IMG/VR virus record: IMGVR_UViG_2886410390_000001
Coordinates: 11,210 to 75,209 of that record
Length of the DNA: 64,000 bases
Origin: a virus
Lineage: Duplodnaviria > Caudoviricetes
Strand: one strand, 5' to 3'
The position numbers and the translations under genes were made by a program. This document shows, piece after piece, positions 19,169-28,197 of this stretch (positions within the stretch are counted from its first letter, which is position 1; the number at the start of each line of letters is the position of its first letter). A model generated the notes under the pieces. The model was not told the DNA's origin. It worked only from the letters and a program-made list of their open reading frames with translations, and did not search any database.

Positions 19169-20392
19169 ATGCCGCTCCATGTGTCAAACCGGACGCGCCT
19201 GTCCCAGTCTCACGTAATCAGTAGAGTGCTGTGGCTCATGGCTGGCTGCCTCTGGGGAACAGAAGCAGCAGCGCAGGCTTCTGGCAGCAACAATCCCACT
19301 CCGCTCACTACGCCGTGGTGGATTGCGCTGTTGCTAGGGCCGGTAGTCGTCTCGGCCATCGTCAGCGGCATCATCGGATATTTCACCAGCCGCCATATCG
19401 AGCAGGTGCGGGGGAAACTGCAGAGGGAAGTCGAGCAGGTGCGTGGGGTTTTGCAGCAGGAAGTCGAGGCTCGCAAGGCCGACTTGGTGGATCGCAACAG
19501 CGACCGCGCTGCCCGCCGAGACTACGAGTATGAAGCGCGTAAGCGGCTCTATGCGGAAATCGAGCCCTTGGTCTTCCAGCTACATGACGCGGTGGAGGAA
19601 GCCTACTACCGGGTAATCAGCCTTGCCCGAAGCTCGCGCTCGGGGAACCTTGGCGTCGGCGCGCAGAGTTGGATCAACACCGAAGACTACTACCTCTACT
19701 CTACGTGCCACCGGCTAACTCAGCCGGTGGTTATGTACCGCCTCTTGCAGCGGCGCATGACCTTCGTCGACCTCACGCTCGATGCGTCGATTCGTGTCCG
19801 GTATTACCTGCTCAAGTATTACGCCTACTCCTTCACGGATGACTTTGTTCTCGCACGTGCCGAGCCGGGTCTGCGGTACGACCCCAATGCCAATGACCCC
19901 TCCAGTCGGCGAGAGGAAGAGATCGCCGTCTACAAGCACCAGGGCCTTATGGTGGGAGAGGTCGACAAAATGCTCGATGCGATGCTCGTCAAGGACGACG
20001 AAGCGGGGCTACGCCCGATGACTCTGGGTGAGTTCGAGTCGGCTGCAATCCCCAGTGGAAAGCATCGTGCGTCGCTCGAGCCGCTCCTCGATCTCCTCAT
20101 CGCCTTCTCGTCGGAGACCCAGCCTGTCCTCGCACGCATTCTCCTGGTCCAGGCTTGCTACTGCAGGCTCATCCTTGCCACCTACAGTGGGGCTATCACT
20201 GCGGAATCGCTCGGTAAGGGACTCGATGAGTTCCTCGCTGATCCGGAAACGGCTAGGCAGTTCGCTTGGCGCGCCGGTGAGCCCGTCGAGGCAGAACTCG
20301 CCGTCGCCGGCCGCTATGTAAGGGAGCGGCTCGGATGGATTTCGAAGCTCCTCGAGCAGACCTCGGGTCCGACCGCATCCGTTCAGCAGTAA
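19169..20392 (+). CDS. Accessory membrane-anchored hypothetical protein (moron)
   Basis: Lower GC; signal-like segment plus TM (WWIALLLGPVVVSAIVSGIIGYF), coiled coil, helical C-terminal domain; start uncertain (19106-19169). Confidence 0.7.
   Translation: MPLHVSNRTRLSQSHVISRVLWLMAGCLWGTEAAAQASGSNNPTPLTTPWWIALLLGPVVVSAIVSGIIGYFTSRHIEQVRGKLQREVEQVRGVLQQEVEARKADLVDRNSDRAARRDYEYEARKRLYAEIEPLVFQLHDAVEEAYYRVISLARSSRSGNLGVGAQSWINTEDYYLYSTCHRLTQPVVMYRLLQRRMTFVDLTLDASIRVRYYLLKYYAYSFTDDFVLARAEPGLRYDPNANDPSSRREEEIAVYKHQGLMVGEVDKMLDAMLVKDDEAGLRPMTLGEFESAAIPSGKHRASLEPLLDLLIAFSSETQPVLARILLVQACYCRLILATYSGAITAESLGKGLDEFLADPETARQFAWRAGEPVEAELAVAGRYVRERLGWISKLLEQTSGPTASVQQ
19398..19463 (+). repeat. 33-bp imperfect tandem duplication (EQVRGKLQREV / EQVRGVLQQEV)
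   Basis: TCGAGCAGGTGCG...GGAAG repeated at 19398 and 19431. Confidence 0.8.
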
Positions 20393-20564
20393 GGGCGCGC
20401 CCAGCGTGGCCGAGCGTGGGAGGGTAGATAGCCCGCGCGGAGCTGACTGTTCGGCTAATCGGCGTCCACGGTGCGGGAGAGCGACCCCGCACAGAAAGCA
20501 ATGCCACAACGTAGTGGTGGGGCGTGGGCGACAGAGTCGGACGGCGTCCACGGCTCCGTAGACG

Positions 20565-21155
20565 ATGTCGAACATGGAGCGCTTCCCCTTCACCCCCGAC
20601 TACGGCGCGCAGCTGGAGAGCCAGCTCCGCGTGCGCAAGGCCCAGTTCGGCGACGGGTACTCGCAGCGCTCGGAGGATGGCGCGCGCGGGCTCCTGCAGC
20701 GCTGGTCCGTGCAGTTCACCGCGAGGAAGAAGACGGAGGCGGACGCGCTGGACGCCTTCCTGCGCACGCACCGTGGGGTGGCCGCCTTCGAGTTCGTCGT
20801 GCCGGACAGCGCGTGGGCCGTCACCGGCTTCCGCTTCGGCACGGGGGACGGCGCGCGCACGCAGTACCTCCTGCAGCGGCCATTGTCCCCCGACGTCCCC
20901 GGGGAGCTGGTGCCCGCGACGGGGTGGGGCGCGGCCCCGCTGGTGTACCGCGACGGCGTCCTGGTGGCGGGGACAGGCTACGCGCTCTCCAGCTCCGGGC
21001 TCATCACCTTCACCGCCGCGCCTGGCGCCGGCGCCATCCTCACCTTCACCGCGTCGGGCGCGCAGGTGCTGCGCGTCGTCTGCGAGAGGTGGACGTCCGT
21101 GGTGAAGGGCTTCAACGCGTACGACGTGTCCGTCGAGTTTGAGGAGGTGGCGTAG
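20565..21155 (+). CDS. Distal tail protein, lambda gpM-like with DUF2460-like insert
   Basis: AQFGDGYSQR..DG...LDAFL..HRGV.AF; insert FGTGDGARTQY. Confidence 0.85.
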   Translation: MSNMERFPFTPDYGAQLESQLRVRKAQFGDGYSQRSEDGARGLLQRWSVQFTARKKTEADALDAFLRTHRGVAAFEFVVPDSAWAVTGFRFGTGDGARTQYLLQRPLSPDVPGELVPATGWGAAPLVYRDGVLVAGTGYALSSSGLITFTAAPGAGAILTFTASGAQVLRVVCERWTSVVKGFNAYDVSVEFEEVA

Positions 21156-21851
21156 GTGAGCATTGCAGAGGACATCCAGAAGCTGGAGCCGGGTGCGCTC
21201 GTGGAGTTGTTTGTCCTCGACGCTAGCGCGCTGCCGGGAGGCGGCATCAACTACTTCCACGCGGGCACCAACGGGCTTGGAGGGCCGGTGGTGTGGCAGG
21301 GCGCGGAGTACCAGCCGTGGCCCGTGCAGGCCCGGGGCTTCGACAAGTCCGGCACCGGGCGGCTGCCACGGCCCACCCTCACCCTGGCCAACGTGCTGGG
21401 CACCGTGGGCGCCCTCGCGCGGGACTTCAATGACTTGCTCGGCGCGCGCGTCATCCGCAAGCGCACCTTCGTCCGCTACCTCGACGCGGTGAACTTCCCC
21501 GGCGGCACCAACCCCTCCGCGAGCCCGGTGGACGCCTTCCCGGACGACGAGTTCGTCGTCGACCAGAAGACGACGGAGAACAAGCACCTCATCGAGTTCA
21601 CCCTTGCGGCACGGTGCGACCTGGACGGCGTCCGCATCCCCTTGCGCGTCATCACCCAGATGTGCGGCTGGGAGTACCGGGGCGAGGGCTGCGGCTACGC
21701 GGGCCCGCCCGTCGCGAAGGTGGACGACACCCCGACGGCCACCCCGGCCGAGGACCGGTGTGGGAAGCGCCTCGCGAGCTGCAAGCTGCGCTTCGGGGCC
21801 ACCGCAGTGCTTCCCTACGGGGGATTCCCGGGAGTGGGGCTGTTGATGTAA
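21156..21851 (+). CDS. Minor tail protein L (lambda gpL-like)
   Basis: VWQG.EYQPWPV...PRPTLTLAN...C.WEYRGEGCGY...DRCGKRLASCKLRFG Cys cluster. Confidence 0.92.
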   Translation: MSIAEDIQKLEPGALVELFVLDASALPGGGINYFHAGTNGLGGPVVWQGAEYQPWPVQARGFDKSGTGRLPRPTLTLANVLGTVGALARDFNDLLGARVIRKRTFVRYLDAVNFPGGTNPSASPVDAFPDDEFVVDQKTTENKHLIEFTLAARCDLDGVRIPLRVITQMCGWEYRGEGCGYAGPPVAKVDDTPTATPAEDRCGKRLASCKLRFGATAVLPYGGFPGVGLLM

Positions 21852-21881
21852 CCGCGACTTCTCCGTGTGCGTCGCAGGACG

Positions 21882-23579
21882 TCATCGCGGCTCCGCATCG
21901 GCAGTTGGAGTGAGTGGCTTCCCTGCACGGGCAAACTCACGCACGACAATGCCTGCAAGGCGAGACTTCGGCTCCTTCGCTACAATCCGCTGGCACGCCT
22001 CTCTGAATGTTCTCGAAATTGCATGAAGCGAATGCGATGGATCGTCATTCCAGAGATGCCGCGAGAGTACGTCAAAAGCGGCTTGGCGAGCCTCCGAGCT
22101 GCATGTGCGAATGAAGCCTTCAATCTCTTCGACGGACGCTCCACCGAGTCGCGTGATGTGCCCGTACTCCATGCCCTTATTCGTTTCGAGAAAGTCAAAT
22201 GATTGATCGAGAGTCGGGATGGGAAACGCCGCGTGTCTCTCGGTCTCGATGGCGGACAGGATTAGCTCGTGAAATCCATCGATGTTGTGTCGATAGTGGA
22301 AGCTGTCCAGGCGTGCGAATGCTGATATTTCTCTCGCGTGACTGGAGATCCATTTGCTTGCAATGGAGGCCCCCATCGCCTTCGATGCGTATTCGTCGGC
22401 GAGTTTGATTGCTGCATTGGCAGTCCCGCTGTGGATGATTTCTGCATTTTCAAGAATAGATGACAGTACATTGTTCACAGTCGCGTGCGGATGATTTGCT
22501 TCCCATCGAATTCTCTGGTGGGCCAGTCGAAGAAGTTCTTCCATCTCGAAGTTGCGCTGCCTGCTGTCGAGGAGTTCGCGGTAGTTTGCTAGGGCGGTTC
22601 GGTCGAGGAAGCCACGCTCAAGGTATGGTACTAGCACTTGGGTCTCAAACTCGTCAGGATGGCCGAGTTTGTACTCGTCCAGCAGTTGCTTGGCCGCCTT
22701 CTGGTCGTCGGTTAGTTTCTCGGGATTCTCAAATTTGATCAAGAATGGGTTAAGCGCTTGCTCGAGCGTGAGCGGATTCTTGTGTGTTCCTTGATGAATC
22801 GCAACAAACAGCACGATGCTTGGAATGAGATAAGGCCAATGGTGCGGCAGAATGACTCCTGCGTCATCAAGGGCCTTATATGTGCGGCGCATTCGTTGTA
22901 TTGTTCTGATGTTAGTGATCTTGAGTTTGTTGATGCATGATTTGAACGTCTCGAAGTGCTTCTCGGGCATTTTGCCTAGGCCGATTGAGATGGATTCGTC
23001 CGTCGTTATTGCCAGAGAAATCTCCATGCTTATCGTTTTCTCTCTCAGTTCGTTCCATTTGGGGTCTTTCTCCAATCTTTCTTTGTTTGCAATTAAGAGT
23101 ATTCGTGTTTCGGAGAGTGTCGCGAGGTGGGTGATGAATCCTAGTATTTCCGTTGCGTCAATCTTATCGGCGGCACGCTCGATATCGTCGAACGCGATCA
23201 CTGATTTTTTAGGGAGCACGTCCCGTAAGGCGGGAAGGAACGACTGAAGATCAGCGAGAGTTGCGGTAATCTTCAGTTCATCTGGGAGTTGGCTGTTGGC
23301 GACGGCAACCACTGCCCGGGTAGCTTTTGCTGCGATTTTTGACTTCGTTGATTGCCCAATTAGTAGTGCGCCGAATGTGGCTGACTTTAGCGCATCAATT
23401 GAGCTGTGATTCAGGCATGAGATGTAGATCGGAGAAAAGCCTAGTGGCTTCAAGTCGGGCAGGATGTCGTTCCAAAGATGCGTCTTCCCTGTTCCCCAGT
23501 CGCCGTGAAGGGCAATTACCGGGGTTTCGGGTAAGCGAAGGGCGTCAAGGAGGGCGGTTCTGGCCTGGGCGAAACTCAT
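21882..23579 (-). CDS. KAP-family P-loop NTPase (moron)
   Basis: IALHGDWGTGKT Walker A, IAFDDIER Walker B, LIAN; low GC; GAGGA RBS before ATG 23579. Confidence 0.85.
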   Translation of the reverse strand: MSFAQARTALLDALRLPETPVIALHGDWGTGKTHLWNDILPDLKPLGFSPIYISCLNHSSIDALKSATFGALLIGQSTKSKIAAKATRAVVAVANSQLPDELKITATLADLQSFLPALRDVLPKKSVIAFDDIERAADKIDATEILGFITHLATLSETRILLIANKERLEKDPKWNELREKTISMEISLAITTDESISIGLGKMPEKHFETFKSCINKLKITNIRTIQRMRRTYKALDDAGVILPHHWPYLIPSIVLFVAIHQGTHKNPLTLEQALNPFLIKFENPEKLTDDQKAAKQLLDEYKLGHPDEFETQVLVPYLERGFLDRTALANYRELLDSRQRNFEMEELLRLAHQRIRWEANHPHATVNNVLSSILENAEIIHSGTANAAIKLADEYASKAMGASIASKWISSHAREISAFARLDSFHYRHNIDGFHELILSAIETERHAAFPIPTLDQSFDFLETNKGMEYGHITRLGGASVEEIEGFIRTCSSEARQAAFDVLSRHLWNDDPSHSLHAISRTFREACQRIVAKEPKSRLAGIVVREFARAGKPLTPTADAEPR

Positions 23580-23891
23580 GTGGTCCTCTTTCTTGAGATG
23601 CTGTCGGAAGGCCATCGAAGGCTTGCAGGAGAGTGTAAATTTACTTCGGCGCCGCGCTTGTGAACTGAGCGCCATGGAGCATCATTTGGGGTCCCGATTG
23701 CGAATCCTAGAGTTTGAGTTCCGGTGCGTGACTTGTTCGGTCTAAAGCCGTTTGCGCGTGAGAACATCGAGCTTCGATAGGTCGTGTCGCTGGCTCCGTC
23801 GACCTACTCATGTAGAGGTCGGACGGCGTCCACTCTTGCAGGCATTCGTGCAGATGGCATGGAACTGCATGATACCTCTTGGGAGGTAGTG

Positions 23892-24623
23892 ATGGCCCCA
23901 GGCGACGTGGCGGCGTTCTCTCAAGATGTCATTTCCGCGTCGCTCGAGCACGCGCAGGACGAGTACCCGCGCGAGGCGTGCGGTCTCGTCGTGCTGGTGG
24001 CTGGCGCTCAGCGGTACGTGTCGTGCCGGAACCAGGCGGAGGGGCAGTCCCACTTCGTCCTGCATCCGGAGGACTACGCCCAGGCTGAGGCGGAGGGCGA
24101 GGTGCTCGCCGTCGTTCACTCGCACCCCAACGCCGCGCCGGAGCCGAGCGAGGCGGACCGCGTCATGATGGAGCGCTGGGGCCTGCCCTGGCTCATCATC
24201 AACGTCCCCGTGGGGCACTGGCGTCTCTGGTACCCCACCGGGTACCGGCCCCCGCTCATCGGACGGCCCTTCAGTCACGGCGTGCTGGACTGCTTCTCGC
24301 TGGTCCGCGACTACTACGCGGAGCGGCTGGGCCTGGAGTTGCCGGACTTCCACCGCCCTGACGCGTGGTGGGAGAAGGGCGGCAACCTCTACCTGGAGGG
24401 GTACGCCGAGGCCGGCTTCGTCGACGTCACCGGCAGCGCGCTGCGCGAGCACGACGTCCTCCTCATGCAGCTGCGCTCGCCGGTGCCCAACCACGCGGGC
24501 GTGTACCTGGGCGCGGACGTTGTCCTCCACCACCTCCAGAATCGGCTCTCCGGAAGGGAGACGTACAGCGGCTTCTGGGAGCGAATCACCCGGAAGGTTG
24601 TGCGGCACCGCAGCCTATGCTGA
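23892..24623 (+). CDS. Tail tip assembly protein K (JAB/MPN + NlpC/P60)
   Basis: YPREACG...VVHSHP...SEAD JAB motif; DCFSLVRDYY...NHAGVY...LHH NlpC/P60. Confidence 0.92.
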   Translation: MAPGDVAAFSQDVISASLEHAQDEYPREACGLVVLVAGAQRYVSCRNQAEGQSHFVLHPEDYAQAEAEGEVLAVVHSHPNAAPEPSEADRVMMERWGLPWLIINVPVGHWRLWYPTGYRPPLIGRPFSHGVLDCFSLVRDYYAERLGLELPDFHRPDAWWEKGGNLYLEGYAEAGFVDVTGSALREHDVLLMQLRSPVPNHAGVYLGADVVLHHLQNRLSGRETYSGFWERITRKVVRHRSLC

Positions 24624-25684
24624 CGACGGTGGTACTGGGCGGCCCGCTGGGCCGGCGCTTCGGGCGGGTGTGGCGGCTGGACTTGGGCGTGCCTTCCCCG
24701 GCGGAGGCGGTGCGCGCCCTGTCCGCGGTGTGCGAGGGCTTCGCCCGGTACCTGGTGGACAACAGCGAGCCGGGCTTCCACGTTTTCATCGGCAAGCAGG
24801 ACGTCGGGGCTGAGGAGCTGGCGACGCCGGCCAGCGGCTCGCGCGTCATCACCGTCATGCCGGCCTTGGCCGGGGCCAAGTCGGGCTGGTTCCAGGTGGT
24901 GCTGGGCGCGGTGCTCATTGCCGGTGGCGCGGTGCTCTCCGTCTACGGCTTCGGTGCCGGCACGCCGCTCATCACCATGGGCGCCTCCCTCGTGGTGGGT
25001 GGCGTCTCGCAGCTGCTCTTCGCTCCGCCCACGCCCCTGGCACCCGTGGAGCGGCCGGAGAATCAGCCCTCGTACACCTTCAACGGGCCCGTCAACACGC
25101 TGGGCCAGGGCCACCCGGTGCCCCTCTGCTACGGGGAGCTGGAGGTGGGCAGCTGCGTCATCTCCGCCGGCATCGTCACCGAGTGGAATGCCGGGGGCGG
25201 CTTCGGCGGCGCTGGCGGCAGCGGACAGAGCGGACCGAGGGGCGAGCCGGCGGGTGGTGGCGGCTGCCCCGCGCCGTGGGTGCCCGTCCTCCTGGCAGAC
25301 GGCCGCGAGGTGCCCGCGGGCGAGCTGCAGGTGGGCGACTGGGTGCGCACCCAGCACGATGCGACGCTGGCGTGGGGCGACTTCCCCGTCACCGGCGTGG
25401 CCCACCTCGAGGCCGACTGCTGGCGCGTCGAGCTGGACGACGGGAGGGCCTTCGTGGGCACGTACAACCACCGCGTGCGCACGGAAGAGGCCTGGGTGGA
25501 GGTGCGGCACCTGGTGCCCGGCGCGCGCCTCGTCGGTGCATGCGCGGGCGTGGTGCGGCAGGTGGCGCCGTGCGGCCGCGGGCCTGTGGTGCGCGTCACA
25601 GTGGAGGACGCGCACACGTACCAGACGGCCGGCTTCCTCTCGCACAACGTGAAGCAGGCGGACCCGGAGGCGCCGGATGTCTGA
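24617..25684 (+). CDS. Tail tip assembly protein I (lambda gpI-like) fused to C-terminal Hint domain
   Basis: LGGPLGRRFG...AEAVRAL; SYTFNGPVNT..QGHPVP.CYGE..VGS.VISA; then Gly linker and Hint. Confidence 0.88.
   Translation: MLTTVVLGGPLGRRFGRVWRLDLGVPSPAEAVRALSAVCEGFARYLVDNSEPGFHVFIGKQDVGAEELATPASGSRVITVMPALAGAKSGWFQVVLGAVLIAGGAVLSVYGFGAGTPLITMGASLVVGGVSQLLFAPPTPLAPVERPENQPSYTFNGPVNTLGQGHPVPLCYGELEVGSCVISAGIVTEWNAGGGFGGAGGSGQSGPRGEPAGGGGCPAPWVPVLLADGREVPAGELQVGDWVRTQHDATLAWGDFPVTGVAHLEADCWRVELDDGRAFVGTYNHRVRTEEAWVEVRHLVPGARLVGACAGVVRQVAPCGRGPVVRVTVEDAHTYQTAGFLSHNVKQADPEAPDV
25265..25648 (+). other. Hint (intein-like) domain 1, 128 aa
   Basis: Starts C-PAPW...LADG...L.VGD; block B TYNH; ends HTY...LSHN; next residue Val. 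Confidence 0.85.
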
Positions 25685-28184
25685 GAAGGGCCCCCTCATC
25701 GGCTACGGCGGCAACAGCGGCGGCAAGGGCGGCAGCGAGGCCCAGCGCTCGCCGGTGGAGCGCCCAGACACGCTGAAGTCGTCCGCGCACGCGCGTGTCC
25801 TCGACTTGCTGTGCGAGGGCGAAATCGAAGGACTCGTGGACGGGCTGAAGTCCGTCTACCTCGACGGCGTGCCGGTGCAGAACCCGGACGGCAGCTTCAA
25901 CTTCCGCGACGTCACCCTCTACGACGTGAAGGGCACGCAGTCGCAGGAGTACATCCCCGGGTTTCCTTCGGCGGAGGCTGAGTACGTCGTCAACACCGAG
26001 GTGAAGAAGGACACGCCGGTGGTGCGCACCGTCACCGACGCCAGTGTGGACGCGGTGCGCGTCACCGTGCAGGTGCCGCAGCTGTCCCAGCAGCAGCCCG
26101 TCACGGGGGACCTCGGCCCTGACCTCGTCGCCATCGCCATTGACGTGCAGAGCAACGGCGGCGGCTACGTTGCCCAGGACTTGAAGGGGGCGGGCACCAT
26201 TTCTGGCAAGTGCACCAGCCCCTACGAGAGGACGTACCGCGTGGAGCTCACCGGCAGCCCGCCGTGGGACATCCGCGTGCGGCGCCTCACCGCGGACAGC
26301 AGCTCCGCCACGCGGCAGAACAAGACGTACTGGAAGTCCTACGCCACGCTGGTGGACGAGAAGCTCAGCTTCCCCAACAGCGCGCTGTGTGCGCTGCAGG
26401 TGTCCGCGCACCAATTCCAGTCCATTCCCACGCGCAGCTACCGCATTCGCGGGCTGAAGGTGCGGGTGCCCTCCAACTACAACCCCACCACGCGGGCGTA
26501 CACCGGCACGTGGGACGGCACCTTTCAGGTGGCGTGGACGGACAACCCGGCCTGGTGCTTCTACGACTTGCTGACGACGAAGCGCTACGGCCTGGGCCGC
26601 TTCCTCAACCCGGCCCACGTGGACAAGTGGGGGCTGTACACCATTGCCCGCTACTGCGACGAGTTGGTGCCGGACGGGAAGGGCGGCATGGAGCCGCGCT
26701 TCCGCTGCAACCTCTACCTCCAGACGCAGGCGGACGCGTACCAGGTCGTCAACAACCTCGCCTCCGTCTTCCGCGGCATGACGTACTGGGCGAGCGGCGC
26801 GGTGTACGTCGCCCAGGACGCGCCCCGGGACGCCGAGTACCTCTTCACCCCGGCCAACGTGGTGGACGGCCTCTTCACCTACTCCAGTAGCGGCCGGCGC
26901 GCGCGCCACACCGTGGCGCTGGTGACGTGGAACGACCCGGCCAACCACTACCAGTCCGCGAAGGAGTACGTGGCCGACGAGGAGGGCCTCGCCACCTACG
27001 GCTACAACCCCACCGAGGTGGTGGCCCTGGGCTGTACCTCGCGCAGCCAGGCGCAGCGGGTGGGCCGGTGGTTGCTGTACACCGAGAGGCTGGAGACGGA
27101 GACGGTGGTATTCCGCACTGGCCTCGAGGGGGCGCTGCGCAACCCCGGCGCCGTGGTGAAGGTGCTGGACTCGCACCGGGCCGGCCGCCGCTGGGGCGGG
27201 CGCGTGGTGGCCGCCACCGCCTCCCTCGTCGAGCTCGACTCGGACGTCACCGTGGAGGTGGGCAAGGCGTACACCCTCTTCGTGGTGCTGCCGGACGGGA
27301 AGGTGGAGGAGCGGCCCCTGGCGACGCTGCCCCCGGCGCCGTACCGGGCCCTTACCGTCGCCACGCCCTTCTCCGCGGCGCCGACGCCTCAGGCCGTCTG
27401 GGTGCTCGCCGCGTCCGACTTGGCGCCCACCACGTGGCGCATTCTCAGCGTCAGCGAGGTGGAGCCGCACCTGTATGAAGTCACCGCGCTGCGCCACCAC
27501 CCCGGCAAGTACGCGGAAGTGGAGTACGGGGTGAAGGTGCAGCCGGTGCCCACCTCGGTGCTTCCATCCTCCGCGCCGCCCGCGGGGCTGGTGCTGGGGG
27601 AGAGCCTCTACAAGACGACCAACGGAGGGCTGAAGGTGTCCCTCAACGCGCGGTGGACGCAGCACCCGGGCGCCACTGAGTACGTGGTGCGCTGGCGGCA
27701 GGCCGGGGGCAACTGGGCCACGGAGAGGGGCGTGCAGGTGCACTTCTGGGAGCTGCGGGACATTGCCCCCGGCCCGTACAGCGTGCAGGTGGCCGCCGTC
27801 CTCAACGGCCTCGTCACCGCCTTCTCCGAGGCCTCGTACACGGTGCTGGGCAAGGCCGCGCCTCCGTCGGACGTCACCGGTTTCGCCTACAGCCTCAACG
27901 GCAACACGGCCACGCTGCGCTGGGCGGAAATCGCCGACTTGGACAGGGACATGTACGAGCTGCGCTACGGCGGACTCGCCTGGGAGAGCGCCACCTTCAT
28001 CGCCAAGGTGCGCGCCACCGCGCACGAGTGGCCGCTGCCGTCGCCCGCCAACTACACGGTGTGGCTGAAGGCCGTGGACACCTCGGGCAACCCCAGCGCC
28101 AACGCGGCGTCCGTCACCGTGCTGGCCGCGCCCACCACGCCGGCCTCCGTCACCATGACGGTGTCCTCCACCCCGCCAGCCTGA
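25677..28184 (+). CDS. Central tail fibre / host specificity protein J (short, 835 aa)
   Basis: DLLCEGEIEGL; WTDNPAWCFYDLL...RYGLG; EPRFRCN; GCTSRSQAQR.GRW; C-terminal FN3 domains. Confidence 0.93.
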   Translation: MSEKGPLIGYGGNSGGKGGSEAQRSPVERPDTLKSSAHARVLDLLCEGEIEGLVDGLKSVYLDGVPVQNPDGSFNFRDVTLYDVKGTQSQEYIPGFPSAEAEYVVNTEVKKDTPVVRTVTDASVDAVRVTVQVPQLSQQQPVTGDLGPDLVAIAIDVQSNGGGYVAQDLKGAGTISGKCTSPYERTYRVELTGSPPWDIRVRRLTADSSSATRQNKTYWKSYATLVDEKLSFPNSALCALQVSAHQFQSIPTRSYRIRGLKVRVPSNYNPTTRAYTGTWDGTFQVAWTDNPAWCFYDLLTTKRYGLGRFLNPAHVDKWGLYTIARYCDELVPDGKGGMEPRFRCNLYLQTQADAYQVVNNLASVFRGMTYWASGAVYVAQDAPRDAEYLFTPANVVDGLFTYSSSGRRARHTVALVTWNDPANHYQSAKEYVADEEGLATYGYNPTEVVALGCTSRSQAQRVGRWLLYTERLETETVVFRTGLEGALRNPGAVVKVLDSHRAGRRWGGRVVAATASLVELDSDVTVEVGKAYTLFVVLPDGKVEERPLATLPPAPYRALTVATPFSAAPTPQAVWVLAASDLAPTTWRILSVSEVEPHLYEVTALRHHPGKYAEVEYGVKVQPVPTSVLPSSAPPAGLVLGESLYKTTNGGLKVSLNARWTQHPGATEYVVRWRQAGGNWATERGVQVHFWELRDIAPGPYSVQVAAVLNGLVTAFSEASYTVLGKAAPPSDVTGFAYSLNGNTATLRWAEIADLDRDMYELRYGGLAWESATFIAKVRATAHEWPLPSPANYTVWLKAVDTSGNPSANAASVTVLAAPTTPASVTMTVSSTPPA

Positions 28185-28197
28185 GGAAGAAGACGTC

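Noticed and set aside
23892-25684. JAB + ubiquitin-like protein as a Bil/ubiquitin-like conjugation defence system
   Set aside because: These are the ordinary lambda gpK/gpI tail-tip genes in normal synteny, and no E1/E2 genes are present.
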